Below, piece by piece: positions 27,625 through 40,600 of a stretch of DNA of 64,000 nt. The DNA is taken from NCBI GenBank assembly GCA_002633005.1, contig NMRA01000524.1:239815-303814 (forward strand), written 5' to 3'. The notes below the pieces were generated by a model, which made no database searches, was not told where the DNA came from, and was given only the letters and a program-made list of their open reading frames with translations. The DNA comes from Phoronis australis (taxonomy: Eukaryota; Animalia; Phoronida). The position numbers and the translations under genes are program-made. Positions within the stretch are counted from its first letter, which is position 1. Each line of letters starts with the position of its first letter.

Positions 27625-28064
27625 TTCTGATATACGGGCACTCCAGTAGTTATTTAATAGTTGCATGTGCGGAAACGGGGCAATTTAGTTATTGATCAGA
27701 AATGTGAACAGCAACCCAGCTCGAAAGGAGACCGAGAATTGACGGGTACTAAACTATTGGCAACCAAGTTCGGGAGGACCCCGAAAGCTGTACGAATAGT
27801 TGGCGTTTGGTGTGAGTGAGAGTGTAGATGTTCGACTTCTTGAGCTCTGCGACTGGACTTCGTGTCTGACAGAGACGAAGCTTAAGTACACAATTTCAAT
27901 CAATCAGACACGTTCTGAAGGGGCAAGGCCCATAGTTCCTAGGATCTGACCAAGCATGGCCAAATTTGGTCATGTCCAAAGGACCCAAAAATACAGGAAA
28001 ATTCCATACGTAATGTACACCTTGTCCACTAGAGGGCGCACAAAACTCAATTATATACTCATGT

Positions 28065-28542
28065 TCAGAGCACTCCTGTTACACCTTCAATCGCAGCATA
28101 TTGTGCTCTACGTATCGAATTGACGTGTTTTCCACAATGTCTTGACAGTGATTTTACGTTCATGACACTGCAGAAAATGTTCTTGGATGGCGACATTCTG
28201 AAGATGAATAGATAACCGACGGGAAAGACAGCAAACCCTTTGTCCAATGTCACATTGCTTGACATTTGAACAAAGACATTCGTTCATAGGGCATACAAAC
28301 TCATAAACAACACTACACTGAGCAACGGGACGGATTTTCGCTTTAGAAATGATATTTTTCATGACCAAGTTGGAGGACTTCCTATTCCGATAACAAATGA
28401 TTACATCGAGGTAATCAACGCGCTTACAAACTTTAACTTTTACTCCTGATGGTTTTCTTTATGGCCGTGTTCGTCCTGCAGGTACACTGTATATTGGACA
28501 TACCTTTTTGGTCACACCAGTGCGACGGGCAGTGGATTCACA
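28065..28542 (-). mobile_element. Penelope-like element fragment (GIY-YIG endonuclease region)
   Basis: LVMKN...SVVYEFVCP..EC...IG....LSRRLSIHLQN.AIQEHF; nucleotide-similar to 52430-52900. Confidence 0.75.
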
Positions 28543-29149
28543 ATCAATAAGATAAGTATATACAAAACTTGTTAAAAACACATGGAACACTGCAGATGTG
28601 ANCGCAAACAAGAAGTATAGCGTGCGGCAAAACTGTGTTTGCTTGTTTGCTGCTAACTTAAAATAGGCTTCTCGGATGCAATCAAACGGACTCCAATACT
28701 TTCAACTGCACCAAACACCATGCTCTAGGCATCAAATTGACAATACCAATGTCCTGTTGAATGTCGAACTTTAACTGTTCCCAGGATACCAATGGAATGG
28801 AATAAATATGAAGTGCCATGTTTTGCACAACGAAAACAGACAAGTACAACAATTAGTATATTGGGAAAGTTGAAAGCCTGCAGAATTTGATTTTTGTCTT
28901 TATACCAATCTGTCAATAATTGAGGGATGTGACCATAGGAAAAAAGTGGTATCAAGAACAAGGGTAAATTTCGTTTAACAATAAAAATGTAGATGAATTA
29001 TCAAAAACACTGTTATAGTTTTCTAAATTATCATTTCGTTTTCGGCAATATGCAAATTTTGATTTTTCATGAAAATAATAGAAGTCATATTCTTTTGATA
29101 GAATCTGATGCATAAGTGTACCCTTTTAAAATTCCTAATAGAGTTTTAA

Positions 29150-29385
29150 GAAAAATGACTTAGCTAAGACAAATCTTAAATTCCAGACGGTTTTAGGATA
29201 AAACTTGAATTTATCTCAAGTCCTTTCAAGAAAGAGGTCTCAAGTTTGACGTCAGTTTTTGACTTGAGTTTTGTTTTAATTTTGACTAACTTACTGAATG
29301 TGGAAGTTTCAAAGTTTTTGAAAGTTGAGACAAATCTTAGACTTAAGTCAAAATGAACTTAAGTTAGTTTCTTGGAAAGGGCCCC
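29150..29385 (-). repeat. PIF/Harbinger-like MITE end; second copy at 46013-46120 (+)
   Basis: gggccc..tccaa.aaactaacttaagt...taagtctaagatttgtctca...aactttgaaacttccacat is shared. Confidence 0.55.
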
Positions 29386-29575
29386 AGTGCATCAGGCACA
29401 AGCTGATATTCCAACCTTAGCCAAACTTAAACATTCCTAGGGAACCACACAACCTTAAAAACCACTTGGCAGAAACAAAAATATTCCAAAACAACATGAA
29501 ACAAACTTCAATGCCATCCATTTCAGAGTATGTATATGCACTGCACCAATGCCCCAGAAACCCTTGCAAGCTTAC

Positions 29576-29629
29576 AGCATTCACTTTAAGACTGTTCAGT
29601 TCTGCTTGCAAAACTTGGTGCTCTTGTAT
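29576..29629 (-). CDS. Candidate orphan 54-nt exon (IQEHQVLQAELNSLKVNA)
   Basis: Minus-strand ttttttctttacag acceptor and gtaag donor around an open, coiled-coil-like frame; no partner exons identified. Confidence 0.25.
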
Positions 29630-31216
29630 CTGTAAAGAAAAAAATACACCTATTAAATAATCTTGAGAGTTGTATGAGAAACTGCGCAAGAATGCATTCA
29701 GCAACTGACTTGTATTGACAAGGGGACAATTGAAATCTTTGCATGACATTGTTCATTCATGGCGCAACTTTATTAGACCACACTGAAAATTCAGTTGCAT
29801 CGGCTTATTTCAGCTGAAGAATAATGTGCCATTCAAAGACAATATTGTTTAAGTTGCAGCATTTGGTGTGTAGCGCAGTACCAACAAATTCTGAGATAAC
29901 CACCAGTCAACAGTCAACTGATGTGAGACTCAAATCTGTTACTTTTGGCCCCCAGGAAGCACTTGACTACAGGATAGAGCTGATTATTTAATATACCCAC
30001 CTATTTACAGTAGGCTAACAAAAAAGGGGACCCATTGCATTTGTAGGGAGCCTTCATGACAAAGTCACACTTTCATACAAGTTACGAGTTTTGTTTCAGA
30101 AGACTACCCTTTTGTCAGGCAGTTGCCCTTCATCATGGATTCTTGTACAATCGTTTTTCTACTCAAGCTTCTGAAAGCACAACAGATGCCACTAATATGT
30201 TGTCAACAATTATAGTCTAGACGCATTTGCTGAAAAGAGCCCTGCATAAGGTTCTAGAAGCATTTTTTAGTAAAAGTTGGGAACAAGACTTTTTCACACA
30301 ATCAAGGCATGGCGAATTCAACTAACCCTGTTCCCAAGCCGAATTTTGCATTTTTGCCCATCTAATTAGCATAAACAAAATGGCGGTCAAATTCTCAAGT
30401 TCAGATGTATTTTTGTAATAGAAATCACAATATACCATTTAAAATGGTGAAATGTCTCACCTGGACACTTCTTATAAATACTCCTTGAGCAATAGATCAC
30501 TCATGAAAACTAAAAAATGCAACTCTAAAAACTAATTATGCAAATTAGGTGCCGCCATTACCATACAATATAATTTGCGTCTTAAGTTTGTGCTCCTGCA
30601 GGCTAACTTGAAAAATGAGGTGTTAATACTTACATTTTCATGGTCAACAAACATGCTAAAGAGATTTTTGGAGCAATTTATTTCATATTTTTTGGGTTAT
30701 AGATGTATACTTACAGAATGTGGAAAAAATAGTCGTTAATCTGCGACTCTCGATAAGCAAGGTGACACTATTTTGACGGAATATTAGGACAAATGATTAC
30801 ACTATCACGTTATCTTCCATTTATAAAAACAATTTAGTTATTGTTATTGAAGACATTAGATTCTCTGTTGCATGAATTGTTTTCAGGCCTGTTGAACACA
30901 GTTTTAGCGTTCACTTATTGGTATTTTTTAACATGCCTGAGGAAAGGCATATCAAACTAGCATATTTTGAAGTTGGAAACTTTTTTGTCAGGTGGAGTTT
31001 CAAACTCAAAAGTTAATGATTTTGTACAAATAAAAGCAGCTAAACCATCACAAAAACGACTTTTGATATAGACCTATTACCATTATGAATTTCATTTCAA
31101 TTTGTTCCTCAGTATAATTGTAAGTGATTCTAGAACTCACAGTTTGTAAATACTCGATACTAGGCTCTAAAGTTTGCCTTTCACAACGGGTCATTTTATG
31201 CCCCAAGCATGGTATA

Positions 31217-31544
31217 CAGGGGTAGATGGTTGGTCTAAGTCAACAATTTGAAAATTCTAGATTTGATATCAATAAAATCATTGGAAAAAAAGGATGGGGT
31301 GCGGACCATTTTGACCCCCCCCCACCCCAGCCTATCTGGATCTGCCTATGGTACAACGAAATGCCAGTTCTAGCCCAAAAATCACTTATCGTCTGAGAAG
31401 GGAACAAGTGGAGACCAATTTTATAGCAGTAAGCAAGGGCAGAACCAGGACTTTGAGTTGGAGGGGGGGGGGGGCAGGNAACTGCCAAATGGAATCTGGG
31501 AGAATTTTAGGACGGGCATGGCCCCCTATCTAAATCCGCCACTC
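31217..31544. mobile_element. Two adjacent G/C-tract MITEs (31217-31350 and 31434-31544)
   Basis: TIRs caggggtagat/atctgcctatg with flanks gtata/gtaca, and caagggcaga/tccgccactc with flanks gtaag/gaaag (4 of 5 matches each). Confidence 0.6.
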
Positions 31545-31847
31545 GAAAGAGATTTGCCTCTTGGGCTGGGCCTAAGTTTATAGCCGCTTTATATCGCGAA
31601 AAATTAGTCAGAAACGGCACCTTGTCATAAGGAATCGGGTCACTAAAAACTGCATAAGCGACACACCCCTTCAGTAAGCCTCCTGTAAGGGAGTAACCCC
31701 CCCAGCCTTGATTTTCATTCTGTGTTCTCACTGCCCGTCCCGCGACTCTGTGGCTGGTTGCATGAAACAGTGCCTATTACAAACTCAACTAAGTTCCTTA
31801 AATGTTTTGCCATATTTGTTTCGTTCATAACTCACTTATTTAAATAT

Positions 31848-31990
31848 CATGGGCGGCGCACCATTGAAAAAAGGGGGGCTAAAGTACCTCAGCCCCCTGT
31901 GGTGCATCACCTATAGACCATGTGCGGTGCAGCACTGAAAAAAGTGGGGTGGCCACCCCACCCCCAGCCCCCTATGGTGCGCTGCCCATG
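31848..31990. mobile_element. Composite of two catgggcggcgca mini-MITE units
   Basis: Two inverted-repeat units joined by ctatagaccatg; flanks aatat/catat. Confidence 0.65.
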
Positions 31991-34579
31991 CATATGTAAT
32001 GTTTTTCTATCATGTTACATTTGTTACGAGCTCCTCTTTGACTAATGAAATTTTCTATTCTAATAATATAACTAAAAACTGAGCCCTTAATTTAATCAAA
32101 CCAACTAGGGACAAATTCCTTAAATTAGGGGGTTGCAGGCTGAGAGTTCTCCGTAGAGTTCACTCTCAATTTGTATCAAAGACACAACTTGGCTTAGTAA
32201 TGATACTCAAACAGCATAAGACAGAACAATCTGTTTTCACAAGCCCACAAATACACAGTAGATTTAGGGAAGTTGATTGAGTCTCTATTTGGGATTGTTT
32301 CATGCAACCGGTCACTGCCACTGGACTCCACTGGACTCTGCCTGATGCCTCTGGCTCTGGAGTCTGGTCTGGATGAGCAGCGTTGCACTGAACGACTGTC
32401 GGACCGGTCCCTGGTCTGTATTGAGTGGTATAATTCGGGTATATACGGAAAGGCACCAGCTCAGTGCCTGAGACCTACACTAAAGTCGAACAACAGGATA
32501 GGTGTTGGTAATTCAGCGTTATACCTGGCGAGCAACAACTTCTATCTTCCGTGAAGCGGCCATAACCGACAACGGTGGCGTCTACCGGTAGGATCGGAAC
32601 CTACCGGTGGTAAGTTGCAAAACTACATGTATGTCAGTACAGCCATAGGCGGTGGGCCAGAATTTGTAAGGGCTTCTAGAAAATGTTTTTTGTGAGTACT
32701 TTAGGGGGGCAATTTTATTTTGGTGTTTTTAAATTCATTTACTAGAGTGTTTTCAACGGGCAAGATTATGCCCACAGTTATTAAATCAGTATCAGGTTAG
32801 TTTATTTTTTCATCAATCTAGAATTTCTTTTCTACAAACCAGTCATTTGGGAAGGAAATTAATTTTTTTATAGGAAGGAAAACTTTAGCGAAGACTCTAA
32901 ATGTGTACACATCAAGGCAACGAAATAAACATGGATCAAGAGGTTTATTATTATCCGACCAGTTCTGGCTTGACTCCATGTGCACGCAATGTTTGAAGGA
33001 GAATCTTCCTATTTATATGTTCTGGCGATGACCAGTATGGTTCGCTATTAAAATCAAAATTTATTCTGGAAGGAAGTCTACGATTTTTAAGAATTTTTAA
33101 AGAGGTCTCCAAAGACTGCGATTCACCTAAGAATCATCGACTGTGACATAATTCATTAGTCAAAATCGATAATAAATTAGACCGTAATGGAATGTCAAAG
33201 GTATCACATCAATTAAGTAGACACTCTGACAGCTACCCGTTAATTATGTGACTTTTGTAAAAATAATTCACGTCGTTCTATGATCTCAACATTTCTAGAG
33301 ATTTAAAAGGTAATGAAATAGGCCGGCCTACAAATTTAAGCATGCCTTGTACTAAAGCCGACATATGCCATATTTTTTCTTCACGATGAAAAATACTATT
33401 AGGATAAGCAGAGCAGAAACCAACTAAACAACGTCCTGAGAATGCAAGGCCATCGCAGATCTACCGAGGAAGTGAACAACTATAATTTGGAAAAATTGTA
33501 TACTCATTGAAAACGCTCAAATGGACACGTTTGTGGTCAAAAGGACACTTTTAAAATTGTTACCGGATGCTCTTTATTTCATTATAATTATAAAGAAAAT
33601 AATTTTTAAGTAACCAATGCGGCATGAGTGATGTTTGAGTGTAAGCGTGGAACGTTAATTTGTACTTAAGTGTGTATATTATGGTGGTTAAGAAATGTTC
33701 CAAAAAAGCAACAGTCAGAAAAATCAAGGCAGCGAGGCCCACATGAACGTTGCTTCATTGAAGTAGCTCGTAGTAAGCCAGTATTAAATTTGGATTCCGG
33801 CGCTGTTTAATTGTCAATGTTGAATTCTTAACCTAAGAGCTTTGGGATTTAAGAACGCTACCAAAGTCATCCCATGTTGAATTGTTGCCGAATGAGGCGG
33901 CAACCCAAGTCACGACACCCAATGCGTACATGTTCCATTTTCGAATTCGAAAATTTTAAAGTTGGCCATCCCCAATAAACATTGAGGCGTCTTCTCGAGT
34001 CGCTTGATGTGTGTTTTGATGCTCTTGTAAAGGCATTCTCTCTTAACGCAAGGAAAATTGTGAAACCATTTTTTCATGGGAATAAAAGGCCTGACTTCAT
34101 TTTCGTTTTTAGCCCTCTAAGAAGCAAGACTTAGCTTAATGTCATTGTCTAAAATGCTTTGCTTTTAATCTTTTCGTATTTTGCAACAGCCGACGGAAGA
34201 TGTTGTGAACGTAGTAATTAACACCAGTCTACGTGCCTCACTGCAGCAACGCAATGTCTAGTGATGACGATTGTACTCGACATTCTTACATAATATACAC
34301 GGATACCTCTATTTCCATTTCGTCTTTCAGTTTCTTAGTGCAGTTTGCAACACACTAAAAGTAGTGTTTTAAAAGGCCAAGACTTGATATTTTTGGCCGA
34401 AACCAAGTCCTGGTTACTGTCAGTTTATGCTACAGGACTCTGCTCTCAGTATAAACATGTCCTAGCATCCTTTCTCGTACACGCGTACTGTAGTGTCACA
34501 ACTGATATGAGCGCGATTCGACCCCTCATGACTAAATACAAATTCGATCACATGATTAGACTCAAGATAAGGGCATGGA

Positions 34580-34603
34580 ATGGCTTCCCTGTGCAGAAAC
34601 TGG
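34580..34603 (+). CDS. Battenin-like exon 1 (MASLCRNW)
   Basis: ATG with an in-frame TAA just upstream; donor gtaagt; phase 0 joins to VGFF. Confidence 0.7.
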
Positions 34604-37600
34604 GTAAGTTAATACCGGCGAAGAGTAGTTAGAGGGGCCGTTCAGAAGCATTCTTGGTAGAAATGAGGGTCCGTGCAAGGGGGCTCAAAACTGTCTACTC
34701 GCTCAACATTCCAATGTTCTCCAGGCTACCTTACTAGTATCTGCAGCCCTCAGTTCCAATCTCATCTGAATCTGACGTAGGTCTACGGGCCGGTACGGCA
34801 GTCGTGTTTTCTCGAAAAGCACTTTAGAGCAATCTCTGCGCAGATGAAATCTCAGTTCATATAATAAATACCACGTACTAAGGGCGATTCCATGAAATCT
34901 CCTTCCATGTTTAGTTTATAAGACAGAGAAAGATTCCCACATGAACACAGATTGTCTTAGACTACCAGGTCTTAGTTTGTGGAAATAATCTTTTAAAATC
35001 AACGCGGTGCATGAAAAACACAACTCAATCAACAGGCAAACGACCTTGTGCCAAAATGGTGCTAACTTTATGAACAATATATTTCGTTGACTGAATTAAC
35101 TTTCCGTTGTCGCTGCGCTGATAATTAGGCTCCCGATAATGCACAACACCTCAAGTTTATTTCCACGAAATGAACTAAAAACGCTGTGAGTCCTTGACTA
35201 CTCCCACACCAGACGCAACCCCTAAACGCTGTGTGGCGCCCTTGACTGGCCACTCACACCAGCTGCAATCACCCCTAAACGCTGTATGGCGTCCTTGACT
35301 ACTCTCACACCAGCCGCAACCCCTAAACGCTGTATGGCGCCCTTGACTACTCTCACACTAGCCCTAACCCGTCTCAGTTTTTTTCGGGAGAGTGGCAGCA
35401 GTCAGTCTACGGTGATATCTTTACTCAATTTACCCCGTTTTGGTTGGTACTACATGTATACTGAAGTCTTTATGCCAAAATTGGCATTTACAATAAAATG
35501 TCAAACATCATTTCATACTCTCCTTGTCTTTACAAGGGTGTCAGAAATCCATTCAGTGCTTTGTGTAATGTTCCCATCGATCTTTTTGAGCAAGATGAAT
35601 TTAATATTGAACCAATCAAGATTAGTTGGATAAGCCGCTTGTTCAGAGGTTTTGCGGTAAATCTCAATCTGCAATGATCTACCCCACAAAACCGTTGTTT
35701 GCACGCATATGTATTTTAACCCTAAGGGCAAATTACAGGCGAAAATGTGCTTTACAGGTCGGATTTTTTGTCCTTGGAGCCATCAACAACCTGCCTTATG
35801 TGATTGTAAATTCGGCAGCCAGCACTCTAGCGGACAGGTGAGAAAGTCTTACAGCTATGTACTAGTTCGTCAATTTATCTATTTTAGAATCGTTCTGACA
35901 TCTGTAAACTATACACACGAAATACTTAAGATGGACTAACATTAAACTGAATTGAATCCTAATTTCTCAGTGAAGCGATTTGATAGTTCAATTGGAACGA
36001 ACCTATAGGCCTATTCACCTAGAAGTTTGTATCCACAGGTTGTTTCCAGGAGCTCACGGCCCGTTTCAATGATTTCACCCCCCGGCACATGCCAAGGATT
36101 ATACGAGAACAGTTGGCTTACCTCAAAATCCAACTGCTGCCTGGTGGTTTGGGTAATTGGCCCAATTATGTGTTGCCACCCAGCTGAATAAATGAGGACA
36201 TAATATTGCAACATTCACCAAACTTTTTAGTTTGTAAAAGTCACATTTCTTGTCCAATTTTCAAAATTCAAAACCCAATTACGTGTGCTTTTCACGAACT
36301 ATTCAAGTATGCTAGTTACAATCTTTTAAAACGAAAATTTAAAAATACCACTGTAGCCCCCAGTGTGTTTATGATGGGTCTTTATCTAAAGAACGATGGC
36401 ATCAGCAGCCTGGGGCGATTTAAGTATGCACAACAGCACCGTGTCCTACATCTAAACCGGCAAATTCTGAGATGGAAAAACCGGTCGACTTGCACAATCT
36501 CAGCCGGCTAGGGTGTCAATGCAGGATTCTTTTCATGCAGGTTCGGACAAACGATGCGACTGTACAATTATTACTTTCCATGAAAAATAAAGGCATATTA
36601 ATAACTTAAAAAAGAGATTTTAGCTCTACGGTAAATAAGACGCTTTTCAATTTCACACAAAAACTATTGCCAAAATGACCATTCCTCTATTTTCAAAGGC
36701 TTAACTACGGTAATAGGGATGATAAAAATGTTTCTATGTTTTAAATTGTTTGAAAGCAGCTGCACAGTGCAATCAATGGTAGTAATGATGCCCATTTCTC
36801 TTAATGCTTATTTTCGCTGAGCACTTAGACAAAATGAAATTTCAGTTGTTGGCCGTACTGTGTGCTAAAGTGAAGAGCATTTTGGTTATCTGTTTCAGTA
36901 AAAAGGATCACTGTAACAATTAAGGCTGAAGTGTTTAGATGAAACACTACGGATGATAAAAAAATTTCTATGTCTTAAATTGGCAACTGTCGGTGCAATC
37001 AATGCTAGTAATGTTGCTCATTTGTCTTAATGCTTACTTTTGCTGAGCACTTGACAAAATAAAATTTCACTCGTTGGCCATACTGTGTGCTAAAGTGAAG
37101 AGCATTTTGGTTATCTGTTTCAGTAAAAAGGATTACTGTAACATGGCTGAAGTGTTTAGATGAAACGCTATTCAGGTTGGCAAAAAAATTATTCCGATAG
37201 GGAGCAGGCTTGCAGAGATGTTTTTTAAACTTTGTCATTGTGCTCAACATTAGTTTGCATTTCCTGGTCAACTCATGGAAGACAGTTTGTATGCAAGCTT
37301 CTCATCGACAGTTAACAAAGCACGTTATCTCATATCCAGGTTGAAATCTGTGATGGAATCATCTCTGCCTCCTAATCATGTTTGTTTGCTGTTACATGCT
37401 AAAAGAGTAAACTACCAGTGTGCCATTTATAAACGAGCCTTGCAACAGCATGTCAATGCACCATCTCCAGTTGGTATCAGGTGACTTTTGGAGTTGGGTA
37501 GTCTGAATTTCCACGGGATGACTCTGTCCTTAGCCCCAGAAAATGCCATGAAAAATGTTAATTGCAAATGTAAAAAGAGTGGTTGTAGTACAAATGTGTG

Positions 37601-40600
37601 ATCTTATTTGAAGTCGGGCATGTCATGTTCAAAGTCGTGTGACTGTCGAGATTGTGAACATGGTGTCTCAAGAAACAACTTTTGATGACAATGATGATGA
37701 ATATAAACAATGGAGTGGATGAACAAACATAAAAAGTGTGTGCTATGAACTTTAAAGTTGTAGGCTTATGGAAAATATTTACATTTTATCATGCTCGTGG
37801 ATGTCAGGCCTGAATGGTATATCGTTCCCTATGCGGACAGTTGACTATGAACTGCAATGTGGATAATGATAATTGTGACAATTATTGAAAGTGATGGCAG
37901 TGAATTCATTGCAGAAACGTTGGAAATGTATGTTGTTCATATGTAGGTTGTGATATCAAATCTTTATCAAGTTCCTGTAGTGTTGTTATTCTGGTAGTTC
38001 AGAATATAGTAGTATGTTTTCTGGCCAACAGGACGCGCTGCTAAAGATTTTCTATTTGTCTTTTTTGAGCAATTTTCCTCTTAATGTCATAACATTCATC
38101 ACTTTTCTTGTCCAGTAACTTCAAATGAACAAAACGCAATCAAATTGTCATTCAGTTTGGGTCTAGGGCTGTTGGTTTTTGAAGATTGGTTTTCTGTGCC
38201 AAATTTTGCAAAAAGTCAGATATTTTAGGTCAAATTTCTCGAAAACGTGCAAGTCAAACCTTGGAAACTGTTTAGATTCTTAAAGTATAGTACTTAATGA
38301 CCGTAAAAACAACAAAATTATCTTGCCCACAAAAAGTAGCCACGGAAGTGATTTTCTAGGCTTCCAAGAATTGAATGGACCATGGCCTAACTCGTCCAAA
38401 GCGTTAATCATTCTTGACGATTTTGTAGATCTTGTCAGTAAGAAGATTTTAAAATTTGTTCTAATCTTGAGCGCTGACAAGGTTGCAGAATAAGATAGTG
38501 TGGCCTATGGGTAGTCTCTGGTGATTGTAGCGAAAACAGCCTTCATTGATGTGGTCGTTGAATATTAGACCGGGCGTGTGTTCAGTAGCGCTAGGACCTA
38601 CGCTAGGACCTAGCTAAAATCTAGCCGGCAAAATCACGTGCTCTCCTTTAAAATACACGGCAATCTCTCACGAAATCTCGCGGAGTCTTGTTTCTTAGCG
38701 ATACCCTAGCGTTACTGAACGACCGGGAGGCAGGTCTACTTACCTTGAAACATGATGGCCTGCAGTAGCAGATAATAATGAAATTTATCTTAACTTTTCC
38801 AAATTTGCGTTTGAAAGACTATAATTTATGTTATTATGCTAATGAATTGGAAAATCTGTCGTATCATTGCCATACTATTCATTGTCAGATATCAGTTTCA
38901 ATATTAAACCCCCATAGATTGGCTACTGTAAAACTCCCAGTCAAAGACAAGTATAAACCACGAAGGCTTTAATTCTGTTCTATGGACTTACTGATTATGT
39001 TTTATTAGTTTTCAGGAACCAAATGACGTGGGGCTGATATTTGGCGCTAACGTTGCACTGTCGGTGGTAGTAAAATGTAAGTTATTACGGCACTAGGTGC
39101 GCGTTCCGTAGACGCAAGGCACTGTAAGCTTTACGGTTCTCGCAAGAAACTTGCTCAACTCGACGCAGATACCCGTGGTTGGGGTTCATATAGCAGAACT
39201 GAATACGCCGATTTAGAGGCTGGGGAGCTTGGATTTCGCCATTCCCTTCAGGGAACCAATTAAGGAAATGACCGGCGTCCAGATACCGTTTTATGTAATA
39301 TCTCGTGTGTCTTATTTGCACATGGTGGTCAGCCGCTGGTGGTATTCTCAGATACACTGGTTGAACTAGATCTCGTGAATCTATATGTTAGTCAACACTG
39401 ATGACAGGTGGCGTTGCGGTGGTGTCATTGCTCTATTACTCATTTCACTCACTTCTTGGAATTTTCTATAGATCGACAAAATAATAATGAATTATATTCC
39501 TATTGATAAATGCCACATTATACAGAGGTTGAAAAATAGCTTATCTTTTAGCTTTGTAAAAGTGTTCAAGCGTTAGAGTTTCATGCATGTATGTCCCAAC
39601 GGCAATGGAAATTGAGTAGGCCTATCATCGCGAATTGTTATCAAGCCACCACCTTGTATATGAAAATATTGTACCACCAAAGTCACCTACCTTTACAATT
39701 CACATTTGAAATTCATGTCATTGCAGTGCTGAACACGTTTGTCTTGTTAAAGACGCCGTTTGGTGTGCGATACGCAGTCAATGGGTCGCTGATGTTAATG
39801 GGTAAAAATCTTTAACGTAATGGTTGCACGTGGTTGGCTTGGGGGTTCCACCGGGTCAACTAACTATGGCATCTGATTGGTCTATAAGCCGGAAGTCGTC
39901 ATCGAAAACCTATCAGATGTCGTGGCCGGTTGGCGACCCGGCGGAGCCGGCGATGACAATCACGTGCAGCCAATAACTTTGTAACTGTATGCTATTCTTG
40001 GGATGGAAGTAGCAACTTACTTAGTTTCACCGCATAAGCGAGTGTATTTAGGCCACTGCGCCTATATTCAAAATAACACGTTTTCGTAGAACAATTTTGC
40101 TTGTGTGTTTGCGCGCCTAATCTTAAATTACACATGCACGTGCAAGCAGCTATTCCCTGTATACATGCTCGTCTAAAAATTTTCTGCCCTTTTTCCATTA
40201 ACCTGGTAAATGTTAATTTCAACAAACGTCTTCGTCTAGCGTTTTGCTACGGATAAGCCACGTTTCAAACACACGCTATGAAAATCTACCCTTCCTGTGT
40301 TTTTATCAAGTGTTTCGTATACAGACGCATGTGTTCGTCCCTTACTCAGGAGAGGACGTGTATAGCACAAGACCGTACGGTGATAAAAAATACCGTTTCC
40401 GGTCATGACGGCTAATTTCGGTAACATAAACAAATGACTGCTAAAAACTATTTGGGCCGCAAAATTCCAATTAGAGAATGGCTTAGACACCTTACTTACT
40501 CATTCCCCTCCATTCTGGGTCACGAGTGAAGATTTCTTTAACGATGAATTTGGCTTCATCCTAGCCGTCATGACACGGAATCCTGGATCATTTTGTCTTA

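Noticed and set aside
35179-35365. Regular repeats resembling a CRISPR array
   Set aside because: No unique spacers, no cas genes, eukaryotic intron; it is a minisatellite.
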